Counted from the stretch's first letter, positions 46,576-57,466 are shown. The stretch: DNA of 64,000 bases from a virus (IMGVR_UViG_3300032292_000698:1-64000); one strand, 5' to 3'. Notes: generated by a model not told the origin, from the sequence alone. Made by a program: numbers and translations.

Positions 46576-47205
46576 ATGAACACCTCTTATTTTGGCGATC
46601 AAAACATTGACGAAACTATCAGAAATAGATATTTTCCAGACTTTTCATACAAAGGAACCATTGTAGAAGTGGGAGGTGCAACCCCAGAGTATCTTTCGAT
46701 GTCTCGTCATTTCAAGTTGAACGGATGGAGAGCTATTGTGATTGAACCAAATCCTACGTTTTGTGAAGAACACCGTAAAATCGGCAATGAAATATATGAA
46801 CTAGCGTGTTCAGACAAAGATGAAGATAACGTAGATTTTGTCGTTGTTCATGCTAATTCGGGAAAGGTTACAGATCATTCATTTTCTTCATTGAAAGTTA
46901 AAGATTCATATCGTCAAATTGCAAACAACTGGGTAGACAGGTTAAAACATACAATGATCAAGGTCAATGTTAGAAAACTTGATACTATAATAAAAGATTA
47001 CCAAATTGAAAACATAGATATATTGTCAGTGGATGTCGAAGGTTGGGAGTTGGAAGTCATGAAAGGATTGTCTCTAATTAATCCCAAAGTCGTCATCTTG
47101 GAAAATCTATTTAAAGAAGAATCATATCGTCAATACATGATCGAACGCGGTTATAAATTTATCGAAAAGATCTGGGATAACGATATCTACGAAAAAGAGT
47201 TATGA
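46576..47205 (+). CDS. FkbM-family methyltransferase
   Basis: IVEVGG, GWRAIVIEPNP, VRKLDTI, IDILSVDVEGWELEVMKG. Confidence 0.88.
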   Translation: MNTSYFGDQNIDETIRNRYFPDFSYKGTIVEVGGATPEYLSMSRHFKLNGWRAIVIEPNPTFCEEHRKIGNEIYELACSDKDEDNVDFVVVHANSGKVTDHSFSSLKVKDSYRQIANNWVDRLKHTMIKVNVRKLDTIIKDYQIENIDILSVDVEGWELEVMKGLSLINPKVVILENLFKEESYRQYMIERGYKFIEKIWDNDIYEKEL

Positions 47206-48152
47206 AAATTTCAATCATCGGACCAGGCATCATGCCAATTCCACCCAAAGGTTGGGGTGCTGTAGAATCTCTCATTTGGGACTATAACATCGAACTCAAG
47301 AATTTAGGCCACGATGTACAAATCGTCAATACACAGAACCAACAAGAAATTGTCAATCAAGTCAATTCTTTTAACCCCGATTTTGTTCATCTACAATATG
47401 ATGATTTGTACAATGTGATGCCTTATATTAACTGTAAACACAAGGCTGCAACAACACATTACGGTTATCTTGAACAACCACATCGTTATGGCGGATACGG
47501 TAGAGTGTTTTCAGCATTCCTTCAAGGCGATTTCAACATCATTTGTTTATCAGAAGGAATCAAAAAAGTATATAAGCACTACGGCGTCAATGAAAATAGA
47601 CTATATGTGGTTGGCAATGGTGCAAGAAAAGATCTGTTTAGATACACTGATGCTGCCCCAACCAAACAGGACAAAAGCGTATATCTAGCAAAAATCACTG
47701 ACAGAAAACGTCAATGGTTGTATCAAAATATCAATGATATCGATTTCGTTGGCAACAAAGATGACATTAGATTCAATTTTAATCGAAGTAACTATCTTGG
47801 TGAGTGGGATAAAGACACGTTGTATCACAACCTCACAGATTATGCCAATTTGGTTTTGTTGAGTGATGGTGAAGCAGATCCACTTGTTACCAAAGAAGCT
47901 CTTATTGCGGGTCTTGGTGTTGTTGTTTCAGAGTGTTCTACTGCAAACTTGGATTTATCCAAGCCGTTTATTAACGTGATACCCGAAGACAAAATCTATG
48001 ATTTGAACTTTGTTCGTGGAGTTATCGAAACAAACAAACAAGAATCGTTGAAACGTCGTAATGAGATTAGAGAGTACGGAATTCAAAACTTTGCATGGGA
48101 AAACGTAGTGCAAAAATACATGAATGTTGTAAATCAAATTATTTCAAAATAA
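47202..48152 (+). CDS. GT4 glycosyltransferase
   Basis: PIPPKGWGAVE, LAKITDRKRQ, SDGEADPLVTKEALIAG. Confidence 0.85.
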   Translation: MKISIIGPGIMPIPPKGWGAVESLIWDYNIELKNLGHDVQIVNTQNQQEIVNQVNSFNPDFVHLQYDDLYNVMPYINCKHKAATTHYGYLEQPHRYGGYGRVFSAFLQGDFNIICLSEGIKKVYKHYGVNENRLYVVGNGARKDLFRYTDAAPTKQDKSVYLAKITDRKRQWLYQNINDIDFVGNKDDIRFNFNRSNYLGEWDKDTLYHNLTDYANLVLLSDGEADPLVTKEALIAGLGVVVSECSTANLDLSKPFINVIPEDKIYDLNFVRGVIETNKQESLKRRNEIREYGIQNFAWENVVQKYMNVVNQIISK

Positions 48153-48155
48153 GTT

Positions 48156-49244
48156 ATGTACGATTATGTTATTGTTGGCAGCGGCATGTTTGGATCAGTT
48201 TGTGCACACGAACTAACTAAAAAAGGAAACAAATGTTTGGTTTTGGAAAAACGTAACCATATTGGTGGCAATTGTTATACTGAAAATAAAGATGGTATCA
48301 ACATTCACAAATATGGTGCTCATATTTTCCACACATCCAATAAAGAAATTTGGGATTACATTAATCAGTTCGCCCAATTCAACAACTACGTTAACAGAGT
48401 TAAGGTAAACTACAAAGATGTCTTATACTCATTTCCTATTAACTTGTTTACACTACATCAACTTTATGGTGTAACTACTCCTGAACAAGCTAAACAAAAG
48501 TTGGAAGAAGTACGTGTAAAGAATGACAATCCAAACAATTTGGAAGAGTGGATAATTTCACAGGTTGGTGTAGACATTTATGTCAAATTCATCAAAGGAT
48601 ACACCACCAAACAATGGGGACGACATCCTATGGATCTACCCGCATCCATAATTAAACGTCTTCCAATTCGATTCAATCACGACGATAACTACTACAACGA
48701 TCCCTATCAAGGCATTCCTATCGGTGGATATACCCAGATATTTGAAAAAATGTTGAATGGTATTGAAGTCAAACTCAACACCGACTATTTGGCAAATCGA
48801 AATGAATTTAATAAACTGGCGACAAAAAAAGTTATTTACACTGGTCCAATTGATGCTTTTTACAATTACGCATATGGTCAGTTAAACTATCGAAGTCTGA
48901 AATTCGAAACCGAACGTGTAGAAGTTCCAGATTATCAAGGAAACGCAGTAATCAATTATACTGAAACGTATATTCCCTACACTCGTATTTTGGAACACAA
49001 ACATTTTGACTACGTTGATACTCCATATACCTACATTACAAAAGAATATCCAAGAGAATATGGAGAAGGTATGGAATCATATTATCCAATTAACGATAAA
49101 GTAAACACTCCTACCTACGACAAATATAAAGCATTGACAGACTCAGAGACCAAATATATCTTTGGCGGTAGATTGGCTGAATATCGTTATTACGACATGC
49201 ATCAAGTCATCGGATCTGCTCTTCACACCTGTAAAAAACTATGA
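48156..49244 (+). CDS. glf: UDP-galactopyranose mutase
   Basis: IVGSGMFG, EKRNHIGGNCY, HKYGAHIFHT, YTTKQWG, YQGIP.GGY, YYP, GRLAEYRYYDMHQ. Confidence 0.97.
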   Translation: MYDYVIVGSGMFGSVCAHELTKKGNKCLVLEKRNHIGGNCYTENKDGINIHKYGAHIFHTSNKEIWDYINQFAQFNNYVNRVKVNYKDVLYSFPINLFTLHQLYGVTTPEQAKQKLEEVRVKNDNPNNLEEWIISQVGVDIYVKFIKGYTTKQWGRHPMDLPASIIKRLPIRFNHDDNYYNDPYQGIPIGGYTQIFEKMLNGIEVKLNTDYLANRNEFNKLATKKVIYTGPIDAFYNYAYGQLNYRSLKFETERVEVPDYQGNAVINYTETYIPYTRILEHKHFDYVDTPYTYITKEYPREYGEGMESYYPINDKVNTPTYDKYKALTDSETKYIFGGRLAEYRYYDMHQVIGSALHTCKKL

Positions 49245-50146
49245 AAGTACAAATTGTTACACATCTGTTGCCTCATGAACTTGACGAATTTGAACGTCAA
49301 TTGACTGTATTGAGTCAAGAAATCATCGGAGAAACTGAAGTCACTTTGGATGTAACATTAAACCTCAATACGGTTGACTGGGATAAAACTCAGATTCCAA
49401 AAAACTTCTTCGTGGATAAGTTTGAGGCATTAACTCAGTACGTCACTAAAACATCATGGGCAAGAAACCATATTTTTGACGTTGATGATCATGGAACGTG
49501 TCGAGGAATCAACGACAAACGTCGTAACAGCATTAGAAAGTATGCAGATCAAGTGGACGCATTCATTTACCTTGATTCTGATTTGGTGTTTCCGTCTGGC
49601 ATTTTAGCATATTCAATTCATTGTGCACAACAAATCAAGAATGACTATTATATTGTTTCTCCTCAGATAACCAAAATCTGGGATCAAACGTGGGATCATT
49701 TGGTCAACCATCAATTTGTCAACAACAAATACGGCAGTGAAAAGATAATCAATCCGTATTTTGAAGTCAACCGTAAATCATACGTCGATAGTGTTAATCT
49801 AATCAAATGTAATCCTATCAAGTTTGGTGGTGGTTGGTTCAATATGATCAGTTCTAATCTTCTTAAGTTCACCGACATTCCTGATGTACTCGGACCATAT
49901 GGTGTTGACGACACCTTCGTCATGTTTGCTGCTCAAATAATGAAACTTAATGGCGTAAAACTAGAACAATATTTGATGGAGAACATCATCGTCGCTGAAA
50001 ACTATTCTTTGAGACACAATCCGTACAAAAACTATGTGACTTACTTTGAAGATCGAAACAACTTCAAGAGTAAGGCCGAGGCAGCGTTGGGCGATTGCCT
50101 AAGAGACTTTGTTAACAAAAACCAATACTCATTCAAACAACTATGA
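49241..50146 (+). CDS. GT-A glycosyltransferase-like protein
   Basis: FIYLDSDL, KFGGGWF, GPYGVDDTF. Confidence 0.7.
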   Translation: MKVQIVTHLLPHELDEFERQLTVLSQEIIGETEVTLDVTLNLNTVDWDKTQIPKNFFVDKFEALTQYVTKTSWARNHIFDVDDHGTCRGINDKRRNSIRKYADQVDAFIYLDSDLVFPSGILAYSIHCAQQIKNDYYIVSPQITKIWDQTWDHLVNHQFVNNKYGSEKIINPYFEVNRKSYVDSVNLIKCNPIKFGGGWFNMISSNLLKFTDIPDVLGPYGVDDTFVMFAAQIMKLNGVKLEQYLMENIIVAENYSLRHNPYKNYVTYFEDRNNFKSKAEAALGDCLRDFVNKNQYSFKQL

Positions 50147-50487
50147 TAGACCTTTTAAACACGATTTGCGCAGGAGTCATCATGTTGATTGTATGGTTTC
50201 ATACTGAAGCATTTATTGAATACAGCAAGTTGTTTGGACTTGCCAGATTATTCAAAATTGATGAATTTGAAAAGGCATACGACAACGACTTTACACTAGA
50301 GTATTTGTTGTGGATAAAATCGACACATCCAAACTTTTTTACACGACTGATAAACTGTCCATGGTGTATTGGTTTTTGGCTTACAGTATTAAATTGTTTA
50401 TTTTTCTCTACAATTTATCTATTTCCAGTAATTTACGTGTTGACAATTGTTATATATCTAATAATCGTTAACAAATTTTTGAAGTAA
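50143..50487 (+). CDS. Small membrane protein (DUF1360-like)
   Basis: Hydrophobic segments and LINCPWCIGFW motif. Confidence 0.65.
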   Translation: MIDLLNTICAGVIMLIVWFHTEAFIEYSKLFGLARLFKIDEFEKAYDNDFTLEYLLWIKSTHPNFFTRLINCPWCIGFWLTVLNCLFFSTIYLFPVIYVLTIVIYLIIVNKFLK

Positions 50488-50490
50488 ATT

Positions 50491-50787
50491 ATGACCTTGG
50501 TCCAGAATTTCAGTGAGTTTTACAACATACTCAAAACGCATGCAAATATTCCCAACAGTGTTCCTGCATTAAGAGAATATGTGTTGTTGGTAGAATCTTT
50601 CAAATCCACATGCAGTTGTAACCGAGGTGGTGAAAAACAAAGACTAAAAAACGAATGTGAAAACCGTTATCGACTACTTGTAACAAACGAAGTTGCTAAC
50701 AACATCAATTTGTTTCATAGTTCGTTGGGTGCCAATCACATTCGTTTTGTTTATAACAACGCTCTTATCAAAGAATTTAGTCTCTAA
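50491..50787 (+). CDS. Hypothetical protein
   Basis: 98-aa ORF with CSC motif. Confidence 0.6.
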   Translation: MTLVQNFSEFYNILKTHANIPNSVPALREYVLLVESFKSTCSCNRGGEKQRLKNECENRYRLLVTNEVANNINLFHSSLGANHIRFVYNNALIKEFSL

Positions 50788-52111
50788 ACACGTAACCATC
50801 ACGTGTTAGTATAATTCTTGGATCTTCTCTCAAAGCATTTCTATAAGGGGTAAACGATATTTGTCGTCCCCAATTCAAATAATCCAAAATGTCCCGTTTG
50901 GAAACATAGTGCTTTTCTTTGATGTAATTCACAATATCGGTATAAGCCTTACTGCGTTTTACTGTTTCATATTCATCCAGAATATTCCAATTGTTAAACC
51001 ACGAATTAACAGTGTTTGCCCACTTCAAATTGTTCGTGATCTTCTTCATTAGTGCCAAATTGTCAGTCTTAAAGGACTTGTTATCCAAAGCAGCTTCCAA
51101 CTTGTTCAAAAACTCAGCCTCATTTTCATAAAACAATGGATAATCATGTCCAACCATTTCAGGATAACACAACTTATTGGGAAGTAAATATGGCAACCCA
51201 CGACTCAATCCATCGGTAACTGAAATAGACCAAGCAGAATAGGTCTGGAAGTATCCTACACCCACATGCATCTGTTTAATGAAGTCATAATAACGATCAC
51301 GATCCAGTTCAACTTTCTTGATATATGGACGACACTCTTCTGCCAAAGTAACGTAGACAGTAAAGTCCTGACGCTTCTCATACAGTTTGTCCATAACCTT
51401 TAGAAATTCATTCCAACCAGTATATTCGTTGGGACGATGATTGAAGAAAATAGACTTGTTGATCAATCCAATACCTTCAAAATCAGTATCAGTTCCCAAA
51501 TAATGAGGTTGAATGATTTGATTGAGCTTCTTGACCACCGAGATATTGAAATGTTCAGCAGCACGTTCCAATACCAGAGTCTTTAGCCACTGTGAATTGA
51601 CTCCACATTGTTCCATTTCAAGCGTACCAAGAACGTTCATATCAAACACATTCTTAGCGTATCCGGTATTTTCTTTCACCTCATACCAATGACAATATCC
51701 AACAATCTTTGGCTTGATACCAGCATTGTTGAAAATGTAGTTAGATAGTTGAAGAGTTTGTTCTGGTAGATGTGAGTAGATTACATCATAATCTTTGTTA
51801 TATAGATCAAGTATATTTGCAACTTTATCCACATCAAAATGAACTCGCATTGAATTCGGATAAGTAGGGAACTGATAGTGTAACTGTTCTGTATTTTCAT
51901 ACTGTAGACTTTTTACGTGGCGTGGTGTAACAATAGACCAAAAAATATCATCACGTACTTCATTTAAACTACGAATGATATTGGCAAGAACCACCACATA
52001 AGAGTCCTTTTCAAGGTTATCCGAGTAAGTAATGTTTGGCCAAACTAAAACTTTGTGTTTATATTCCTTGTATTGATTTTCCCAAACCGGTTCGAAAAAT
52101 TTATTTATCAT
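50777..52111 (-). CDS. GT-B glycosyltransferase with C-terminal winged-helix-like tail
   Basis: [43 protein letters not shown]; tail [22 protein letters not shown]. Confidence 0.75.
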   Translation of the reverse strand: MINKFFEPVWENQYKEYKHKVLVWPNITYSDNLEKDSYVVVLANIIRSLNEVRDDIFWSIVTPRHVKSLQYENTEQLHYQFPTYPNSMRVHFDVDKVANILDLYNKDYDVIYSHLPEQTLQLSNYIFNNAGIKPKIVGYCHWYEVKENTGYAKNVFDMNVLGTLEMEQCGVNSQWLKTLVLERAAEHFNISVVKKLNQIIQPHYLGTDTDFEGIGLINKSIFFNHRPNEYTGWNEFLKVMDKLYEKRQDFTVYVTLAEECRPYIKKVELDRDRYYDFIKQMHVGVGYFQTYSAWSISVTDGLSRGLPYLLPNKLCYPEMVGHDYPLFYENEAEFLNKLEAALDNKSFKTDNLALMKKITNNLKWANTVNSWFNNWNILDEYETVKRSKAYTDIVNYIKEKHYVSKRDILDYLNWGRQISFTPYRNALREDPRIILTRDGYVFRD

Positions 52112-53067
52112 AGATAACTAACTATAGTGTCATTGAGAGCATCAGTAAAGTTATAATATTTGATCTTACCAAACTTTTGTTCGTAATCAAACGTTTCAAT
52201 AGAATATCTGAAATCATGCCCTTTTCTGTCATCAACATGTTCAAACCATTCCCAATCAAGTCTCTGATTCGTAATGTTTTCGTATGTAGCCGCAATAAGA
52301 TACATCAACTGTATGTTTGATATTTCATTATTTCCGCCAATCAAATATTGATTACCTATATCACCACGTTCCAATACATCCCAAACGCAGTTAACGTGAT
52401 CCTTTACATAAATCCAATCACGAACATTTTCTCCATTTCCATAGATCGGAATTGGTTCTTTATTCTTCAACTTACGAATGCAAGTTGGAATGAACTTCTC
52501 AACATGTTGTCGAGGACCAAAGTTATTGCTACAATTAGTGACAATTGCAGGTAGTTTGTAGGTCTTGAAGTAGCTACGGACCAACAGGTCACTTGCAGCC
52601 TTTGTGGCTGCATATGGACTGTTTGGCTTGTAAGGCGTATCAATGTTGAACGATGTTTCCTTTGCATTCAATGAACCATACACTTCATCGGTTGAAATGT
52701 GAATAAACTTTTCAACCTTACCATAATCGTAGATAGCTTTAATCAAATTATAGGTACCCATAATGTTGGTCATAACAAACGGATCTGGACTATAAATTGA
52801 ATTGTCTACGTGAGTTTCTGCTGCAAAATTAACAACGTGGGTGATTTCAAACTTGTTCAATGTTTGCCACAATATGACACCATCATTGATATCAGCGACA
52901 TAATGCTTATACCTTGGATCCGTATTGAATCGTAGATCCTTGTTAGCCGCATATGTCAACTTATCAACATTAATGATGACTTTAACATCGGGATCACTGA
53001 GCAACTTTTCTATAAAGTGTGAACCAATAAATCCACAACCACCTGTAACCATTATATTTTTACTCAT
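52108..53067 (-). CDS. rfbB: dTDP-glucose 4,6-dehydratase
   Basis: [66 protein letters not shown]. Confidence 0.95.
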   Translation of the reverse strand: MSKNIMVTGGCGFIGSHFIEKLLSDPDVKVIINVDKLTYAANKDLRFNTDPRYKHYVADINDGVILWQTLNKFEITHVVNFAAETHVDNSIYSPDPFVMTNIMGTYNLIKAIYDYGKVEKFIHISTDEVYGSLNAKETSFNIDTPYKPNSPYAATKAASDLLVRSYFKTYKLPAIVTNCSNNFGPRQHVEKFIPTCIRKLKNKEPIPIYGNGENVRDWIYVKDHVNCVWDVLERGDIGNQYLIGGNNEISNIQLMYLIAATYENITNQRLDWEWFEHVDDRKGHDFRYSIETFDYEQKFGKIKYYNFTDALNDTIVSYL

Positions 53068-54335
53068 ACAATTTCAAATTTTGGACACGGAACAATAAAA
53101 TGACCACCCGCCATCAAATATGGTGCTTCACGACGTTTGAATTCATCAATAAAATGCCAAGGCAAAATCAAAAGATAATCAGGATTGGCCTTTCTCATTT
53201 CAGCTTCAGAATAAATTGGAATGTCGGTTCCAACAGTCCTCAATCCAAACTTATATGGACTACGTTCTGCTGCACCATCAATCAAAGATTTGTCCAGTCC
53301 AAAATACTGCAATAGAGTATTACCCTTGGTAGAAGCACCATATACCCAAATCTTCTTACCACGTTCCTTCTCTTGTTTAATGAAACTATAAGTCTTCAAC
53401 TTCAACTCTTGAAGTTTGTGATAGAACTCCATGTAAAACTCAATAGTGTTTGCACCAATCTTGTTTTCATACTCCAAGATAGAGTTTACACGATATTGAG
53501 CAACATCACGATATGGTGCAGTGGCGAAAGAAGTGACCTTTGCGATATCTTTCTGTAGATAGACTCTGAATGATCCGCCATTGACATCGTTCAACTCACA
53601 ATCAACAATCTTGAACTTTGCCTTTTCAGCAACGTGCTTGAAGGAATGTAGAGAATAGTACATCAAGTGTTCATGACAAATGTTGTCGAATGCCATCTGT
53701 TGAATCATCAATGGAGTGTAACTCATTTGAACCACAAACATTCCTTCATCGTTCAATACTTGATACACTTCATTCAAGAACGCAACGGGGTCAGGCAGGT
53801 CATAGAACATCGCAATACACGTAATTACGTCACACTTACGTCCCTTGAAAATACTACGGTCAAATGCGTCCTTTGAGAAGTAGTCCTGAATCACTTGATC
53901 AGCGAACTTGACACTCTCCTTGGTGTATGAATCATCAGCAGGATCAATTCCCAACCTAGCATATGGTGTAGGAACATAACTCAACAACGTTCCATCATTA
54001 CATGCGATATCAAGCCACAGAGGTGTGTCAGACGGTGTATGTACATTTACACAACTATCCACCACGTTCTTCAGTTGGTTACGCATAGTTTGATTGGTAC
54101 CGGAACGATACCAATATTGACCGTACATTTTGCTTGGGTCAGCACCTTGTTCCAATTGAACCAACTTTGATGTGGGTGAATACATCAACTTCATTTCAGA
54201 CTTGTAGTCATTAGAAGGTTGCTTTTTGACAAAATTTGAAATAAACAAATTACCCAAGGTGAATAGTGGCACCAAAGGATCATTTGCTACCCGACAAACA
54301 GAAACTTTTTCAGTATATTTCATTGTGATTTCCAA
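53064..54335 (-). CDS. NDP-hexose C-methyltransferase
   Basis: YWYRSG, LDIACNDGTLL, FDNICHEHL.YYS, VNGGSFR, YGASTKGNTLL, LILPWHF. Confidence 0.9.
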   Translation of the reverse strand: MEITMKYTEKVSVCRVANDPLVPLFTLGNLFISNFVKKQPSNDYKSEMKLMYSPTSKLVQLEQGADPSKMYGQYWYRSGTNQTMRNQLKNVVDSCVNVHTPSDTPLWLDIACNDGTLLSYVPTPYARLGIDPADDSYTKESVKFADQVIQDYFSKDAFDRSIFKGRKCDVITCIAMFYDLPDPVAFLNEVYQVLNDEGMFVVQMSYTPLMIQQMAFDNICHEHLMYYSLHSFKHVAEKAKFKIVDCELNDVNGGSFRVYLQKDIAKVTSFATAPYRDVAQYRVNSILEYENKIGANTIEFYMEFYHKLQELKLKTYSFIKQEKERGKKIWVYGASTKGNTLLQYFGLDKSLIDGAAERSPYKFGLRTVGTDIPIYSEAEMRKANPDYLLILPWHFIDEFKRREAPYLMAGGHFIVPCPKFEIV

Positions 54336-55189
54336 TTATTTAAACAGTAATCCAGAGCTTCATCCACAGTTCTCATTTTGATTCCGGTTGACAACAATCG
54401 TTGATTGCTCATAACACAGTTAGAACGTGGAGTTTTTGCGGCTGTGGTATAAAACGATTCTTCGTTATCAAAAAATTCAAAGATCTTATCTTTAGCGATA
54501 GTCTTTTGCATCATTTCAATAACTTGTTTTGTGGTTACAAAACCAGTATTAGTAACATTGTAAATACCATATGGTACTTGACGAGTAATAGTTTCAATAC
54601 AAGCACTAACAAACTCTTGTTTATTAGATATAGAATTTTCTGCATCCAATAGTTTTTTATAATTCAACATTTTGGACAGATAATTTCTAGGATTATCTAC
54701 ATCTTCAAATGGTATTCTCAATCTCCAGATATAGTGTTCAGGAGCATTTTTGATGATAATGTTCTCAGCCATAGCTTTAGTTCCACTGTAAAAGCTACAG
54801 TTGTTTTGTTCAAAACTAAAGTTAGGCGGATCCAATTCGGTAAACGGAGAACCATCACTACGTCGTCCTGTATAAATACATCCACTGGATACATGTGCAA
54901 ACGTAATGTTATTGTTTCCACAAAACTGTGACACCATTTGTGGTAATACCACGTTTCCATAAATGGTATTATGTTTGTCAAATTCACACGCATCCACGTT
55001 TGGCTTACCTGTATACCCAGCACAATTGACAATGGTGGTCAACTTTAACGTTTTGTGCAATAGTTCCAACTGTGAATATGTAATTTCCTTGGAAGGAACA
55101 AGACATGGACGCACGACATGTCCTTTTTGGAATAGTTGTTTGTAAAACTCTTTACCGATATAACCGGTAGAACCTAATAGTAAAATCAT
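54320..55189 (-). CDS. RmlD-fold NDP-4-keto-6-deoxyglucose reductase (NRS/ER-type epimerase-reductase)
   Basis: LLGSTGYIG, CAGYTGKPNVDACE, SSGCIY, PNF, SFYSGTKAMAE, LRIP, GIYNVTN.G, PRSNC. Confidence 0.85.
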   Translation of the reverse strand: MILLLGSTGYIGKEFYKQLFQKGHVVRPCLVPSKEITYSQLELLHKTLKLTTIVNCAGYTGKPNVDACEFDKHNTIYGNVVLPQMVSQFCGNNNITFAHVSSGCIYTGRRSDGSPFTELDPPNFSFEQNNCSFYSGTKAMAENIIIKNAPEHYIWRLRIPFEDVDNPRNYLSKMLNYKKLLDAENSISNKQEFVSACIETITRQVPYGIYNVTNTGFVTTKQVIEMMQKTIAKDKIFEFFDNEESFYTTAAKTPRSNCVMSNQRLLSTGIKMRTVDEALDYCLNNWKSQ

Positions 55190-55195
55190 AACCGA

Positions 55196-56047
55196 TCATA
55201 TATATGATTGGATAGACTCCAAATAATTTCTATATTCCGACTTTGGTGTCTTTTCCATTAATTTAATAAACTGTTTTTTATCAATAAACCCCTGATTTAA
55301 ACAGTCTTCTTCAATACATGCAATCTTACATCCTTGACGTTCCTGAACGGTTTGTATGTAATTACTTGCCTGAGATAAAGTTGTTGGTGATCCCGCATCT
55401 AACCACACAGTTCCTTTTGGCATTTTTATCACATTCAAATTACCCTCTTCCATATATCTACGGTTGATATCTGTGATTTCATATTCACCACGCTTGGAAG
55501 GTTTCAATACTCTAGCATATTCAATCACGTTCTTGTCGTAGAAATATAGGCCAGGAATCGCATATTTGCTTTTAGGCATCGTTGGCTTCTCTTCAATAGA
55601 CAACGCCTTACCGTTGGAATCAAAATCAACTACACCATATTCTTGAGGGTTGTTGACTTTGTAAGCAAAAACAACTGCACCAGTGAAATCAACCTTCATA
55701 CGGTTGAATCCGTGAAACACGTTGTCACCTAAAATCAAACAAACACTATCATTGCCGATAAAGTCTTCAGCGATCAAAAAAGATTGTGCAATACCATCTG
55801 GTTTGGGTTGTACTTTATAGGTAAAATTCAACCCCAAACGTTCACCATCACCAAATAACTTTTGATACAACGGAAGAAAATCATATGATGATATGATGCA
55901 AATGTCTTTGATTCCGCAAGAAATCAATGTTGATAGTGGATAATAAATCATCGGCTTATCAAATATTGGCAACAATTGTTTGTTAACAACTGTTGTCAAC
56001 GGATATAACCTAGATCCAGTTCCACCAGATAAAATGATTCCTTTCAT
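55196..56047 (-). CDS. rfbA: Glucose-1-phosphate thymidylyltransferase
   Basis: GIILSGGTGSRLYPLT..VNKQLLP..DKPMIYYPL, LILGDN, IEEKP, PSKRGEYEITD, WLDAG. Confidence 0.96.
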   Translation of the reverse strand: MKGIILSGGTGSRLYPLTTVVNKQLLPIFDKPMIYYPLSTLISCGIKDICIISSYDFLPLYQKLFGDGERLGLNFTYKVQPKPDGIAQSFLIAEDFIGNDSVCLILGDNVFHGFNRMKVDFTGAVVFAYKVNNPQEYGVVDFDSNGKALSIEEKPTMPKSKYAIPGLYFYDKNVIEYARVLKPSKRGEYEITDINRRYMEEGNLNVIKMPKGTVWLDAGSPTTLSQASNYIQTVQERQGCKIACIEEDCLNQGFIDKKQFIKLMEKTPKSEYRNYLESIQSYI

Positions 56048-56703
56048 AGGTTTGCACGTTTGTAAATTTCTCTTACTGCGTCATTCAAATACTCTTCTTT
56101 GAGAATTTCTTCGTAAGTTTTACCTTCGGTGCTAACGTGTTTCCATTCCAAACAATAATCAGCAGCAGCCTTCACCTTGGGGTCATTCCACCGTTCATGA
56201 TCGTTTGCTGGTTCGATATAGACTTTGACGTTCTTGTCGTATTCTGGCCGTACTCTGCGTTCATGTGGAGGAAATCCATACGTGTACTTGGAAACGTGAA
56301 TCAAGGAGCCATTCAATTCGTTCTGAATCCAGTGTACTTCATCCTTGGGATAGAAGTTATATCGGATATCAGTGATGAAGATGATGTCAGAATCATCCGA
56401 TTCCATCTGACGTTGTAACTTTTCAGTCCAATATCTTCCTTCGGTTTGTTTGCGTTTTACGTCACCATACCACACAAGCATATCTCGAAAGACTTTCTTG
56501 TCTTCTGAGTTTTCAGTGAACACATCCAGTCCCAACTTATCTTGAATGAATTCTTTACAGTCATTCTTGAGATTGTAAGCCAAAGCGTATGAACTACACT
56601 TGTAGCCATATTCTTCAGTCAAAATCTTTTTTGAAATGTCACAAAATAAGTTCTTTCCAGATCGTGCAACTCCAGAGATACCAATATAACGTTTAGTTTT
56701 CAT
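56044..56703 (-). CDS. Deoxynucleoside monophosphate kinase
   Basis: IGISGVARSGK, ALA..LK, R.MLVWYG..KR, YW, ITDIRY. Confidence 0.82.
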   Translation of the reverse strand: MKTKRYIGISGVARSGKNLFCDISKKILTEEYGYKCSSYALAYNLKNDCKEFIQDKLGLDVFTENSEDKKVFRDMLVWYGDVKRKQTEGRYWTEKLQRQMESDDSDIIFITDIRYNFYPKDEVHWIQNELNGSLIHVSKYTYGFPPHERRVRPEYDKNVKVYIEPANDHERWNDPKVKAAADYCLEWKHVSTEGKTYEEILKEEYLNDAVREIYKRANL

Positions 56704-57211
56704 TATCCATTAACTTTTCTACTTCTTTTTCTGTCAAACCGTATGCCTTGCATATATTGATCATCTCATTCAAACCAGCGTCTGTCTGAATTAAAATTTC
56801 AGCATATTCTTCAGCTTCAGATGACGAACATTCAAACCATCGTGCCAGTAGTTGATAAAATTCATCTGGAAATCTATTCTTACCAGCTTTGATGTATTTG
56901 TTAAACTGATTGGTTTTAGGAATCGCTGATATGAGCAACGTATAAAAGTTCTTGGATGGTATAGTATCCTGATACTTTGAGATATACGACAATGTATCTA
57001 GGTTGGCTCTATCCATTGATAGAAACTTCAATATCATTACATGAGCAAAACTCTTTTTGTCAGCTTCGCTTAACGTATCAAAGTATTTTGGATTTTGTAC
57101 ACCTTTGATTTGATTCACATGATCGAACAATCCAACTGCTTTTACAGCAGGTTCATTCGATTCTTCTGAGACCTTTTTTGACTTCTTGGGAGATGATTTT
57201 TTTGTCGCCAT
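56693..57211 (-). CDS. Clamp loader small subunit (gp62-like)
   Basis: LFDHVNQI...F...MILKFLSM...Q...FY.LLISAIPK...KYIK. Confidence 0.75.
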   Translation of the reverse strand: MATKKSSPKKSKKVSEESNEPAVKAVGLFDHVNQIKGVQNPKYFDTLSEADKKSFAHVMILKFLSMDRANLDTLSYISKYQDTIPSKNFYTLLISAIPKTNQFNKYIKAGKNRFPDEFYQLLARWFECSSSEAEEYAEILIQTDAGLNEMINICKAYGLTEKEVEKLMDNEN

Positions 57212-57464
57212 GATTTTTGTCTACCACCATTTTTAGTGATTTGATATCAGACGATAACACCTTCTGGTTGGTTAGTAAAGTTGTTATAGTCCGATTCATG
57301 TCGGTGGTATTTTCATCAACTATTTGTTTGTTATTGAGTAATGCCTTGTGAACCAGATATAAGTAAAATACCACTAGGACCAATCCCAGTGGTATCGTAA
57401 TCGGAAACTTATAGGTTAACAAAGACAATACTACCATTATGGCTAGTAGAATCTTGTGTATCAT
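57153..57464 (-). CDS. Small membrane protein with two TM segments and a coiled-coil tail
   Basis: Two N-terminal hydrophobic helices. Confidence 0.6.
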   Translation of the reverse strand: MIHKILLAIMVVLSLLTYKFPITIPLGLVLVVFYLYLVHKALLNNKQIVDENTTDMNRTITTLLTNQKVLSSDIKSLKMVVDKNHGDKKIISQEVKKGLRRIE

Positions 57465-57466
57465 AA

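Noticed and set aside
35362-56047. Bacterial O-antigen/capsule locus (host contig or chimera)
   Set aside because: The genes are interleaved with phage dUTPase, dNMP kinase and clamp loader genes, show similar composition by eye, and include no export genes.
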